A DNA stretch of 62,891 nucleotides from Candidatus Woesearchaeota archaeon (GTDB lineage: Archaea; Nanobdellota; Nanobdellia; Woesearchaeales; GW2011-AR9): NCBI GenBank assembly GCA_023265685.1, contig JAHFSP010000004.1, forward strand, positions 1 through 62,891. Reading direction: 5' to 3'. The notes below the pieces were generated by a model. That model made no database searches, had not been told where the DNA came from, and saw only the letters and a list, made by a program, of their open reading frames with translations. The translations under genes and the position numbers were made by a program. This document shows, piece by piece, positions 17,562 through 27,087 of this stretch. The stretch's first letter is position 1. Every line of letters starts with the position of its first letter.

Positions 17562-18407
17562 ATGAAATCTATCGCAGTTATTGGTACTGGGATTATGGGC
17601 CATGGGATTGCCACCAATTTCCTTGCTAAAGGGTACAACGTTTTTGTGTGGAATAGGTCTGCTGTGAAAGTGGGTGATTTGGTTGCAAAGGGAGCAGTTA
17701 ATTGTGCTTCTCCTTCTGAGGCGACTTTGAATGCGGATATTATCTTTGAAGTGACGGCAAATGATGAATCGTCGCGTGAAGTCTGGTGTGGTAAAAAAGG
17801 AATTCTTGCTGTTGCTAAGAGTTCACAATTTTTGATTACCTGTGCTACTCTTTCTCTATCTTGGACTGAGGAGTTAGTAACTCTTTGTTCTCAGAGAAAA
17901 ATAGTGTTTTTTGATATGCCAATGACGGGAAGTCGTTTCGGTGCGGAATCTGGGCAACTTACATTATTAGTTGGTGGTAATGAGAAAAAATTAGAGATAA
18001 TTCGTACTGACCTTAAAGCTATTGCTGCTGATGTTCTTTATTTTGGTAAAACTGGTAACGGTATGAAGTACAAACTAATACTCAATACTCTTCAGGCGAT
18101 CCATCTTGCAGGATTTGGTGAGACGATGCGAATGGCTGAGGAGTTAAATTTGGATGTTACTAAAGTTGGAAATGCACTTGCGGAGAAACCAGGCGGAGTT
18201 GTGACAAAAATGGCTTGGAGAGATTATCAAGTTGAACCAGTAAAGGTTAATTTTTCTGTTGAGTTGATTACTAAAGATTTGAAATATATGCAGCAAGCAA
18301 ATGAAAGAGCTAGCCCATTATTAGATGCAGCGTTGAAAGTGTACCAAGGTGCTGTGAAGAAAGGCTATGGGAAAAATGATTGGACGAAAATTAACAAAGT
18401 GGAATAG
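17562..18407 (+). CDS. NAD(P)-dependent beta-hydroxyacid dehydrogenase (3-hydroxyisobutyrate DH family)
   Basis: IAVIGTGIMG, DMPMTG, GNGMKYKLILN, FSVELITKDL. Confidence 0.88.
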   Translation: MKSIAVIGTGIMGHGIATNFLAKGYNVFVWNRSAVKVGDLVAKGAVNCASPSEATLNADIIFEVTANDESSREVWCGKKGILAVAKSSQFLITCATLSLSWTEELVTLCSQRKIVFFDMPMTGSRFGAESGQLTLLVGGNEKKLEIIRTDLKAIAADVLYFGKTGNGMKYKLILNTLQAIHLAGFGETMRMAEELNLDVTKVGNALAEKPGGVVTKMAWRDYQVEPVKVNFSVELITKDLKYMQQANERASPLLDAALKVYQGAVKKGYGKNDWTKINKVE

Positions 18408-18424
18408 GATAGGTAAAGGAAACC

Positions 18425-18432
18425 TTTATAAA
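18425..18432 (+). promoter_or_regulatory. Putative TATA box of rpl21e operon
   Basis: TTTATAAA ending 23 nt before the ATG at 18456. Confidence 0.55.
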
Positions 18433-18455
18433 CCAACCCTAAATCTACTCAGAAC

Positions 18456-18746
18456 ATGGCAAAGCGTATCGGTTCTTCAATGCGTAAAACTCGCTATAAG
18501 CTCAAGAAACACTATCGTAGCCGCGGTAAGTTGTCGTTGAGTCGTTATTTTCAAGAGTTTGCTCAAGGAGATAAAGTAAATTTGATTATTAATTCAAGTG
18601 TTGTTACAGGACGGTTTTATCCTCGATTTCATGGACTAACTGGAACAGTTACTGGTGTCATGAAAGGCGCTTGTTATGAAGTTGTTATCAACGATAAGAA
18701 CAAACAAAAAACGTTCTATATCCATCCAATTCATCTTAGTAAATAA
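18456..18746 (+). CDS. rpl21e: 50S ribosomal protein L21e
   Basis: RKTRYKL, GRFYPRFHGLTGTV, HPIHL. Confidence 0.95.
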   Translation: MAKRIGSSMRKTRYKLKKHYRSRGKLSLSRYFQEFAQGDKVNLIINSSVVTGRFYPRFHGLTGTVTGVMKGACYEVVINDKNKQKTFYIHPIHLSK

Positions 18747-18762
18747 ATTAAATATGCACACA

Positions 18763-19110
18763 ATGGTAAATCCACAATTTATTGAAGAGAAACCCGTGAG
18801 TATTTCTGAGGTAAAAGAGATTCTTGCCCATGCTGAGAAGCGTGATAGTGCGTTAGGATATCGTGCTACTCGTACCAAAGATTTTATTGAAGGATTATCA
18901 ACAGTTCTTAGTAAATCTCAACGTGAAGAACTTTCTAAAAAACTTTCTGATCTTAATCTTACTCGCCTACGTGACGAACATATCATTAAAATTCTTGACT
19001 TCTGCCCAGCAACGATGGGGGAACTTAAAGCAGTTCTTGCTGCGTATCCTCTGAGTATGCCTAAGTCAGATCAAGAAGCAATTGTCCAAGCCGTTAAAGA
19101 GTGTATGTAA
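18763..19110 (+). CDS. rpoF: RNA polymerase subunit F (Rpo4)
   Basis: EEKPVSISEVKEIL...IIKILDFCP...ELKAVL; conserved position after rpl21e. Confidence 0.88.
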   Translation: MVNPQFIEEKPVSISEVKEILAHAEKRDSALGYRATRTKDFIEGLSTVLSKSQREELSKKLSDLNLTRLRDEHIIKILDFCPATMGELKAVLAAYPLSMPKSDQEAIVQAVKECM

Positions 19111-19204
19111 GAACGGCCCTGCTGCCTGTTTTGGTAGCTTGAGTTAGCTTAGCTTTTATTCTATGAGAGGAACCTTTATTAACTCGGCTTTATTTCTCAG
19201 CTGT

Positions 19205-19765
19205 ATGGAACAGCCACAAAAAAGTGAGAAAGAAGATCAAGCAATTGTACTTGATTTTCTGCCACACGGCTATCCTTTTGAACAGGCAGCTATGAAAACG
19301 CCTATTGTACAAGCTTTAGGTACGGCTCATTTAAGTTTATTAGAATTAATTCCTAAGAAAGGCATTTTCTTACAGCCTCATCAAGAAGTGTACATTGGTG
19401 AAGGAAAGCGTGAAGAGATCCATCATATTAAAGGTCGGATTCCTGCAGATAAGTTAACCACGACTGCTCATACGGAGTTGCATCATGCTGTGGAGAAAAT
19501 GGTTAATGATGACGAAGCACGTTTTATTACATTCTTTAACAAGGCACAACCTCTTTCGATGCGTATGCACCAGCTAGAATTGTTGCCAGGTCTTGGTAAA
19601 AAACACATGTGGGAGATTATTGAAGCACGTAAAGCTCGACCATTCGCAAGTTTTGCAGATTTGAAAGAGCGCGTTAAATTATTGCCTGATCCAACCCAGA
19701 CAGTTGTCAAACGTATTTTATCTGAGATTGAAGGTAAAGAGAAATACATGTTATTTGTGAAGTAG
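19205..19765 (+). CDS. DUF655-family putative RNA-binding protein
   Basis: VLDFLPHGYP, LELLPGLGKK, FASFADLKERV; conserved rpl21e-rpoF-DUF655 gene order. Confidence 0.9.
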   Translation: MEQPQKSEKEDQAIVLDFLPHGYPFEQAAMKTPIVQALGTAHLSLLELIPKKGIFLQPHQEVYIGEGKREEIHHIKGRIPADKLTTTAHTELHHAVEKMVNDDEARFITFFNKAQPLSMRMHQLELLPGLGKKHMWEIIEARKARPFASFADLKERVKLLPDPTQTVVKRILSEIEGKEKYMLFVK

Positions 19766-19790
19766 GGATTTGTTAATTTCTGATCTGAAT

Positions 19791-20036
19791 TTAAAAACCA
19801 ACGCGTCCGTAATCCGTTTCACATTTAAGAACAACTTCTAATCCACGTACTGCCTCAATGGTGTTAGTAGGAGCACGTATAGTTAGAACAGGTTGACTAA
19901 GCATAGGAGCGACAATTTTCACACCCTGAATATCTCCCAACGCATTTCTAACTTGTTCAGGAATGATGCCGTAAGGTGCTTGGGATGAACTTTTATAGCG
20001 AACATAAATAACCTGTTCTTGATTAGGATCATACAT
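19791..20036 (-). CDS. Small hypothetical protein
   Basis: 81-aa ORF; possibly a ferredoxin-like/inhibitor-I9-like alpha-beta fold, unverified. Confidence 0.55.
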   Translation of the reverse strand: MYDPNQEQVIYVRYKSSSQAPYGIIPEQVRNALGDIQGVKIVAPMLSQPVLTIRAPTNTIEAVRGLEVVLKCETDYGRVGF

Positions 20037-20078
20037 GTATCGAATTGTTAATATCCTCTTTAAGAATTTATCTCTTTT

Positions 20079-20525
20079 TTAGGTCCTATACTGCGGAGGT
20101 TGTGTGCGATACTTTTCAAACGTAGGGAACATACTTTCTAATTTCATATCTGTGCGACGTCGGGTTTCGTATTCATCAGGAGTATGACCACATTCATGGA
20201 GATCGACTTCCATTTTGAACTTGTCAGTGAGGTCTTCACGTAGATGGACTTGACCAGTTCCACGATAGGTGAAACCATAGAGGCCTTGGTTGCCTTCATG
20301 AGGGAAATGGCACACATGTGCCGGTGCCGTAAATTTAAGCGTGTCACGGCGTTCTTTTTCAACACGTGTAGATTCATGGTGAGGTTGTGTGTAGCTGGTG
20401 GGAAGCAAACGTTCACGTTCTTGTTGATGTTGATACGAGATCGAAGCAAGGGGTGCGAAGAGTGAGAGAATGTAGGGTGAGAAGGAAGAGTTGTACTCGT
20501 TGTATTCTGAGACATCTTGGGACAT
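20079..20525 (-). CDS. Hypothetical protein with minimal HExxH zincin-like motif
   Basis: GLYGFTY...VHLREDL...VDLHECGH. Confidence 0.6.
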   Translation of the reverse strand: MSQDVSEYNEYNSSFSPYILSLFAPLASISYQHQQERERLLPTSYTQPHHESTRVEKERRDTLKFTAPAHVCHFPHEGNQGLYGFTYRGTGQVHLREDLTDKFKMEVDLHECGHTPDEYETRRRTDMKLESMFPTFEKYRTQPPQYRT

Positions 20526-20637
20526 AGTCTTTTCAGAAGGAATTTTTAAATTTAAATTTTATGGGAAAGATTGAGACATAAATGTCAAGAAGTGAATGTG
20601 ATACATAGGGTTGAGAGAGAAACAAGATTACCAGGAA

Positions 20638-21123
20638 TTACCACTGGAATTTCCAGCGTTGGGAGTTCTTTTTTTCTTCAACTAAGGTATCCATACCAGC
20701 ATTTTGCGCCAATTTAAGATATTCTTTGCAGATCATTTTGAGACGTAGACCATTGATATCAACGTCATTTTGGAGGGCTTCGTAGAGATCAATGAGTTGA
20801 TCGAGTTCTCGGCCTTGAGCGTGAAGATTGATTTTAAGAATGTTTTCTTTGGCGACATGGCGCTCTTTTTCAAGATCTTCGAGCTTGTTAAGCTTGACAA
20901 TTATTGCTTTCGTATCAGCGTGCCACTCTTGAAGACAACTACGAATCGCATCAAGATCTTCAAGAATATCTACTTTAGGTTGTGCTTGCGGTGTTTTGAA
21001 GAGTTTTTGCCACCATTTGCGCTCGTAGAGTTTAGGCATAGCTGAAGGATTGTTTTTTGAGATATAAAGGTTTTGTATGGGTAATTTCAACCTGTTGAAT
21101 TCTGAAATTATTTCGCTAACCAC
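20638..21123 (-). CDS. Hypothetical coiled-coil protein (start may be 21039)
   Basis: Helical 161-aa ORF, no motif recognised. Confidence 0.6.
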   Translation of the reverse strand: MVSEIISEFNRLKLPIQNLYISKNNPSAMPKLYERKWWQKLFKTPQAQPKVDILEDLDAIRSCLQEWHADTKAIIVKLNKLEDLEKERHVAKENILKINLHAQGRELDQLIDLYEALQNDVDINGLRLKMICKEYLKLAQNAGMDTLVEEKKNSQRWKFQW

Positions 21124-21163
21124 ATCAAAAATGTTTAAATAGTATTTGAGATGTATTTTTTCT

Positions 21164-21643
21164 ATGCCAAAATTTCGAGCTCCTAAGAAATATGGAGAGT
21201 ATCAGCAGAAGATTTGTGGGTTTTGTCCAAAAATTGCGACAACCAAGAATGAACAGGGGTTAGAAGTTTGTGTTTATCATGTAAAACAAGTCATGGATGA
21301 TATTAAGTGTTTGTGTGGTCGCTGGTTGGAGATTCGAAGTGGGAAATTTGGTGCGTTCTTTAATTGTATTAATTGTGGTAATATTAATTATACTAAAGCT
21401 ATGGAAATGAAAGAGGTTATGATTGCAAAGCAAGAGAAAGTAAAAACTTCTACTATTTTGTTACATTCTATCGAACAAACGTCCACACAACCAACTGGTT
21501 ATCTTTCTTCATTGACTGCGTCTTCGGGGAAGGTACAGAATAAACCTGCAGTAAAACCGGTCAGGCGAGTGATGACTGCGGATGATGACGATGATGATAG
21601 TCGTGTGACGACGATTTCTTCACGTGATGTTGATTATTTTTAG
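21164..21643 (+). CDS. Zinc-ribbon-containing hypothetical protein
   Basis: CGFC...C..H and CLCG...GKFGAFFNCINCG (topoisomerase Zn-ribbon-like). Confidence 0.7.
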   Translation: MPKFRAPKKYGEYQQKICGFCPKIATTKNEQGLEVCVYHVKQVMDDIKCLCGRWLEIRSGKFGAFFNCINCGNINYTKAMEMKEVMIAKQEKVKTSTILLHSIEQTSTQPTGYLSSLTASSGKVQNKPAVKPVRRVMTADDDDDDSRVTTISSRDVDYF

Positions 21644-21695
21644 AAGGAGAGAGTTGGTAAATTATTGAAAATAGTTATGTTGATTAATTATCTGA

Positions 21696-22457
21696 TTATG
21701 CTGCTCTTTCGAGAAGTCTTCCTAGTTTTTCTGCACCTTGTTTATCTAATTGGCCTACTTTTTTAAGAAATTGAGGGTTTGCTGCAGCAACAAACGGAAG
21801 ACCACGATAGAGAGTGTGTTTTCCAGCAGCATCTTCGAAGCTTAAATCCATGCCAAATCCAACGAGCCAATGGTGACCAACGTTAATTGCGGCATGATAA
21901 TCATACGATACGCCTTGGTGTGAATTTGTGAGTTGATATTGAGATTTTCCAGGTTTTTGAGCAAGACTAACCATACGTAGACTTTTTGGATGTCTTTGAG
22001 TATAGTACTGTAGAAGGTGATGTGCGGTTGCTCCTTCGTCAACAAGATCTTCAACGAGAAGGATATGACGGCTTTGAGGATTAATCATCGGTTCCTGGGA
22101 GATGTTGAGAGTTGAGCTTGCGTGAAGATGTTCACCATAGCGAGATACTTTGATTGAGTCTGGAGTGATATACATACCTTGGTCTTGTAAAGCCCACACA
22201 ATTCGACCATGAGTTGGAGTTGCTCCATTAAGAACGTTGATGACCACAAGATCAGTTATTCCTCGGCTCTGATAATCATGATATAATGCACCCGAGAGTA
22301 AATCTAATTGCCGACTAATTTGTTCTTGAGAGATAACTACAGCTGCGAGATGGTCTGCAATTTTGTCAGCATCTAAAACGGCAATGGAATTTTGCCGCAT
22401 ATACCCTACAACATCGATATTGAGAAAACGAGTAAGATCGTAAGGGCTATACTCCAT
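21696..22457 (-). CDS. Hypoxanthine-guanine phosphoribosyltransferase-like PRTase
   Basis: INVLNGA, LLVEDLVDEGAT (PRPP loop), WLVGFGMD, YRGLPFV. Confidence 0.8.
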   Translation of the reverse strand: MEYSPYDLTRFLNIDVVGYMRQNSIAVLDADKIADHLAAVVISQEQISRQLDLLSGALYHDYQSRGITDLVVINVLNGATPTHGRIVWALQDQGMYITPDSIKVSRYGEHLHASSTLNISQEPMINPQSRHILLVEDLVDEGATAHHLLQYYTQRHPKSLRMVSLAQKPGKSQYQLTNSHQGVSYDYHAAINVGHHWLVGFGMDLSFEDAAGKHTLYRGLPFVAAANPQFLKKVGQLDKQGAEKLGRLLERAA

Positions 22458-22621
22458 GTCTTTTGAAAATGAAAAGGATTTTTAAATTTTTGGATGGTGG
22501 AATGTTAAACTTATTAGGCACTAATTAGGTGGTACTTTTTAGGTAATTTTAAACTCCGTGAGAATTACTCGATAAGAATTATAAGAAAACCTTTAAAAAG
22601 ATACACTTTAAAGTAGTAAAT

Positions 22622-22981
22622 ATGAATAAGAAAGGTATGGGATTAGCTATTGTTGCGGGAATTTTGGCGTTAACGATTTTGGCTATTTACATCATTGGAG
22701 TTGCGACACGTGAGTGTAATAATAATAAAGATTGTTCTGAAAATTCTTACTGTGGAAGTGATTATAGTTGTCATGAATATCCTTCCCAGATTATCGTTAA
22801 AGATTACAAATTTTTAGGGAGTTCGCTGATTTTAGGAATTTGTCTTATTATTGCGGCGTATGTGTATCGTTCCGGTAAGCTCCCTCCAATTAAAGAACCG
22901 ATTAAGCATACGATTCACGAAGTGAAAGAGTTGTTGCCTAAAGATGAGGGTCATAGCAGTCATGAGCATGAACATCATTAG
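22622..22981 (+). CDS. Small membrane protein with Cys-rich loop and His-rich tail
   Basis: Two TM segments flanking CNNNKDC...YC...SC; tail GHSSHEHEHH. Confidence 0.7.
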   Translation: MNKKGMGLAIVAGILALTILAIYIIGVATRECNNNKDCSENSYCGSDYSCHEYPSQIIVKDYKFLGSSLILGICLIIAAYVYRSGKLPPIKEPIKHTIHEVKELLPKDEGHSSHEHEHH

Positions 22982-23054
22982 AATCAGTAGATAATTAGTA
23001 TGAATGAGCTGGATAAAAAATGGGGTAAAAAACCCAAAAAATTCTTTGAAAGAC

Positions 23055-23162
23055 TTATTGATCAACACAAATGCCTAATTTCTGGCACATTTGTTTTTGA
23101 TTGTTTGTTAATTTTTTATAATTTTTAGAGACGTACTCTTCAAATTCTCGATCTATATCCAT
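23055..23162 (-). CDS. Small ORF (35 aa), not in the supplied track
   Basis: GAGGTG RBS upstream; translates MDIDREFEEYVSKNYKKLTNNQKQMCQKLGICVDQ. Confidence 0.45.
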   Translation of the reverse strand: MDIDREFEEYVSKNYKKLTNNQKQMCQKLGICVDQ

Positions 23163-23410
23163 CTATACACCACCTCTATACTTCCTACTTTGTTTTTATC
23201 TTTTTTAAACACCTGTTTTTACTCATTTCTCCCATATTCCTAATCTCACAACAGGTATATAAAATTTCGTCATCACTGTGCTGAGTGACTTAGCGTTATT
23301 TGATAAAAGATTTTGAGCAGTGTTCAGGTGTTAGGAAAAAAACGAAAGATTTTGGTAAGATAAGAAATAGATGCAAAATCTATAAAAAGAGTTTCATAAA
23401 ATAGAAAAAT

Positions 23411-24433
23411 ATGAATACAGATTCTGATCATTTCGTATTGGTTGATCATCTTAGAAAAATTTTGACACACAATGTACGTCTCTCTCTTGATACGGAAGTA
23501 ATTCTCGTGTATGATGAAGAGTGTTCACTTAGCACAAAACTAGCTCAAGGATATAAAGAAATCGTTAAAGATTACCCACACAGGATTATTAAATTTGAAA
23601 GTTCGATGGGTGAAGAACTTAAAAAAGAATTTTTGAACGTGTCTAAGGGGATTACTGTAATTCTTGTTCAAACGACAAGCTTTCGTATTTCTGAGTATCG
23701 AATCCGTCTTGATCTTAATAACCAAGGGGCGTTTGTAATTGAACATAGTCATCTTAATTTGATTAAACCTGAGGAAGAGGAAACGTATCTGAAGTGTTTA
23801 ACGTATGATCATGAACGATATAAGACCATTTGTGATCACGTAAGTCCTCTGCTTCGAAAAGCTGCTAGGGTGGAGGTCGTGTCTTTTGATGGTTCAGTTA
23901 TGCGTTATGATGGGCCGTTTGACGAGATTTATTATAACATTGGCGATATTCAAAAGACGTTGGGGAGTTTTTACCCTATTGGAGAATTTTTCACTGAACT
24001 GCTTGATTTAAAAAAAGTGAATGGGACATTTCAGATTTACGCCTATCCTTCTATGCACCATGAAACTATTATTGAAACACCGTTTCACATTCATGTTCAG
24101 GAAGGATCTATTGTCTCGCATGATGGGCCACCACGCTTTGAAGAGATTATGGATTTAATTCAAACAGAGAATAGTGATCGAAGAGTTCCTCTTCGTGAGA
24201 TGGGTTTTGGACTTAATAGATTTATTGGGAAGAAACGTCCGTTAGGATATGTAGGGTCGCATGAACGCCAATTAGGATTTCATGTCTCGTTAGGTTTGAA
24301 GCATGGAATTTATCGCAAGAAATTGCCTCATTCGGTTCAACAACGGTTTCATATTGATTTGTTTATTGATGTTATGAAAATTCTGATTGATGGCGTAATC
24401 GTATTTGAGAATGGCGAGTATAAACCGTTTTAA
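23411..24433 (+). CDS. Peptidase M29/aminopeptidase-like metallo-hydrolase (divergent)
   Basis: PIGEFF, REMGFGLN, ERQLGFHVSLG, HIDLFID, IVFENGEY. Confidence 0.65.
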   Translation: MNTDSDHFVLVDHLRKILTHNVRLSLDTEVILVYDEECSLSTKLAQGYKEIVKDYPHRIIKFESSMGEELKKEFLNVSKGITVILVQTTSFRISEYRIRLDLNNQGAFVIEHSHLNLIKPEEEETYLKCLTYDHERYKTICDHVSPLLRKAARVEVVSFDGSVMRYDGPFDEIYYNIGDIQKTLGSFYPIGEFFTELLDLKKVNGTFQIYAYPSMHHETIIETPFHIHVQEGSIVSHDGPPRFEEIMDLIQTENSDRRVPLREMGFGLNRFIGKKRPLGYVGSHERQLGFHVSLGLKHGIYRKKLPHSVQQRFHIDLFIDVMKILIDGVIVFENGEYKPF

Positions 24434-24434
24434 T

Positions 24435-25628
24435 TTACATTTGAAATTCGCTGAGATTTCGCTGACGTTGGTTTTCTTTTAGAAGTTGGCTCTCTTTCAA
24501 GAGAAGTTGTAGATCAAAACTAAATTTACGTTTGATTAGTTCTTGAGCATATCGTAAGAGTAATTCTTTACTTGCAAACGTAACGGGTGGTTGTGAAAGG
24601 CTTTTTCGCGTGGCTTCGCGACAGACCCATACACCTAGTGGGAGGTTATATTCTTGCGTAATGAAACGTAGAGCAAGAACAGACCCTTGATGCTTATGCT
24701 CTTTGAGATTTTCAAGAATAGGTAACCGGCAGGCATAATATCCCCCGGCTGTCTCGTCTGCGTAATTGCTTCTTCCTTCATAACTTTCGTAATCTGTTGA
24801 ATATTTATAACCCTCTTTTGACCAAGGGTTTGAATCTAACTCAAGATATGTTTCAAAAATTTCATAGCGAAAATTATCTGCGAGATAGAGGATTAAGTAA
24901 TAATTACCCCATCCTCCTCCAAAGTAGGCTTGGTAATCTGTTTGAGGGTAATTTTTAATTTCTTTGATAAGTTGTTTGCCAATGGCATCATCAACGGCAG
25001 TAATTGACCAGCGTGTGGGAACAAGCTTGCGATTTTTTTTAAGCCCTAATGAACCTACCGAGAGAACTTTGTTAAGTGCTGATTCTTCAAAGCCATTGTT
25101 GTAAAGGGAAAGGAGGGCGTCTGATGCTTTAAGGTCAGTGTCATGTACAGCTCTTTCGAGATGTTGGTCTACTTTAACATTGCTCGTAATCTGAGCTTTG
25201 GCAACCTGTGCTTGAGGACCAAATGGGGTGACGTCACTTTCTGGTTTAAGATTGAGTTCTGGTTTTTTGAGGAGGTGGATCTCGAGCTCGGGGGTTTGTT
25301 TGGCCATACCAACTTCTTGGACAGTTTGGATGAAGCGATTTTGTAGTTGTTTGACGTTGCCTTGTGATCGTGAATTAACGAGACCGTAGCGTAAACTCGC
25401 AACAGAGCCAATAGCGAAGTTTCCTTTGCTCCAGAGTTTTGGTGAGTCATAGTATGAAGTATCACCAGAGAATTGTGGGCTAAGAATACCAACATTGACA
25501 TTAGGATAATTGTATCGTCCGATAAATGGTGCGGGAGCAGAACCCTGGAAATCAGTCTTATATTCTTTATTTACTTTGAGATGAGGAATTTGTTCGATGT
25601 CTTTGTATTTTACACGTTGGATGTGCAT
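24435..25628 (-). CDS. nreA: Nre-family DNA repair protein with C-terminal PIP box
   Basis: PFIGRYNYPNV, LVPTRWSITAVD, GGYYACRL, LGVWVCRE; C-terminal QRNLSEF. Confidence 0.9.
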   Translation of the reverse strand: MHIQRVKYKDIEQIPHLKVNKEYKTDFQGSAPAPFIGRYNYPNVNVGILSPQFSGDTSYYDSPKLWSKGNFAIGSVASLRYGLVNSRSQGNVKQLQNRFIQTVQEVGMAKQTPELEIHLLKKPELNLKPESDVTPFGPQAQVAKAQITSNVKVDQHLERAVHDTDLKASDALLSLYNNGFEESALNKVLSVGSLGLKKNRKLVPTRWSITAVDDAIGKQLIKEIKNYPQTDYQAYFGGGWGNYYLILYLADNFRYEIFETYLELDSNPWSKEGYKYSTDYESYEGRSNYADETAGGYYACRLPILENLKEHKHQGSVLALRFITQEYNLPLGVWVCREATRKSLSQPPVTFASKELLLRYAQELIKRKFSFDLQLLLKESQLLKENQRQRNLSEFQM

Positions 25629-25705
25629 TTATAGTTGGGAGAAGTACTGATTTAAATAATTAAGGGGGACTTGACTAGTGGAGTTTAGGTTATTTTTAGG
25701 TTAAT

Positions 25706-25963
25706 TTACTTTCCCCATCGCCATCGTGGTTTTTCTCCGGTCTTATAACAAATCCAGATGAGAAGGCTTGTGAGGATAAGACACCAGATGATGAAGATAA
25801 TGAATGTAAGAGGAGTTGGAGTATAACTTTGAATTAGATGAGTGAAGCGCACTGTGCTGATGACGTACGTAAGTATGAAGATGCCTAAAATTAACCAGCC
25901 TTGCCAGGTTGCGGGTGTCCATCCCCAGCCGTATGTTTTTGCTTTGAACCAGATTTTTTGCAT
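25706..25963 (-). CDS. Small Trp-rich membrane protein
   Basis: WFKAKTYGWGWTPATWQGW, two TM segments, GEKPRWRWG. Confidence 0.75.
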   Translation of the reverse strand: MQKIWFKAKTYGWGWTPATWQGWLILGIFILTYVISTVRFTHLIQSYTPTPLTFIIFIIWCLILTSLLIWICYKTGEKPRWRWGK

Positions 25964-26003
25964 TGTTTTTTACTCGTTTTATTCTTTTGCTAATATTCTT
26001 TTA

Positions 26004-27086
26004 CTATTCTTTTACTAATTTTTCAACTTTCTGGACTAGTTCTGGTTGGATATAACTATTAACAGTAACGGTAAAATGTTGTTGCCATTCGCCCTTTTTC
26101 TTATCGAATTTCTTATGTCCAAGCGCTTGAGCAATAGAAAGATAGAGTTGGTTACGTTGTTGAGGGGTGATGTTTTTTTTGTGTGTAAGGAATTTTTCTA
26201 CTTGGGAGGTGGCGTAATAGGAACGCACAATATGAGGATAGAATTCACATCCGCAGTATTTCATGAAGGCATTTTTGAAGTCAGCTTCGTTGATAGGGTG
26301 GCCTTGTTTTTCAAAGATAAAATCAGATGATTTTTTGTGTTTGATGAGATCTTTAAGTCGAGCGACATAGTTTATGGGGAAAATTTTGCTGATATTTATC
26401 GGAACTCCATCTTTTCCAAGATAATTAAATGAGACAGTGTTACCATCTATTTTAAGATCTTTTTTGGTAATAGTAGTAAGTCCTTTGTGACCATGTGTCC
26501 GATAATATATCTCATTGCCTACTCTCATATAGGTAGTGAGAAGAGTATACATGGGTAGAGCCATAGTATCTTTTTGGTTCTCAAGTGCTTTGGTTACATC
26601 GTTAAGTAAGCGAGGATAATATTTTGCAAACTCTTGGACTTTGTGATACTTGCGTGAGCGGTGTTGCTGGCGTTTGGTAATGGTGTATATATATGACCAG
26701 GTTCCACCACGGTTCTGGTAGAGAACGTCCCAGTGGTCATGTGAATCTTCATCATGAATCATAAGATGCGGTGAGAAGAGTGAGAAAGCTTTTTCTAATT
26801 TCTCGCCATTGGGAAGGATGTTTATTCGCGCACCTTGTTCGCGACCTTCAGATGAAAGTTGACCTTTGAGGAAATGTGAATCTATTGTGTCGATAAGGGT
26901 TGAAAGGCGATTGTGTGATTTGAAGAGTTTGACAACGTTGAGAAGTTGAGGGAATTGTTTTGATGATTTTTTCCAGCCGGATTTGGTCTTTTCATACGCT
27001 TGAAGATCTTTTACGTTGACTCTTATTGTACCTAATGTAGTTTGTGTTTTGGTTTTTGGCGTCTTTTCTTTTTTGGGAGGAGTCAT
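26004..27086 (-). CDS. DNA topoisomerase IB (small bacterial/viral type)
   Basis: MRVGNE (R), GLTT, YLGKDG (K), HIVRSY (R), ALGH (H), NSYIQP (catalytic Y). True start is likely the ATG at 27086, coupled to the kef stop. Confidence 0.88.
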   Translation of the reverse strand: MTPPKKEKTPKTKTQTTLGTIRVNVKDLQAYEKTKSGWKKSSKQFPQLLNVVKLFKSHNRLSTLIDTIDSHFLKGQLSSEGREQGARINILPNGEKLEKAFSLFSPHLMIHDEDSHDHWDVLYQNRGGTWSYIYTITKRQQHRSRKYHKVQEFAKYYPRLLNDVTKALENQKDTMALPMYTLLTTYMRVGNEIYYRTHGHKGLTTITKKDLKIDGNTVSFNYLGKDGVPINISKIFPINYVARLKDLIKHKKSSDFIFEKQGHPINEADFKNAFMKYCGCEFYPHIVRSYYATSQVEKFLTHKKNITPQQRNQLYLSIAQALGHKKFDKKKGEWQQHFTVTVNSYIQPELVQKVEKLVKE

Positions 27087-27087
27087 T

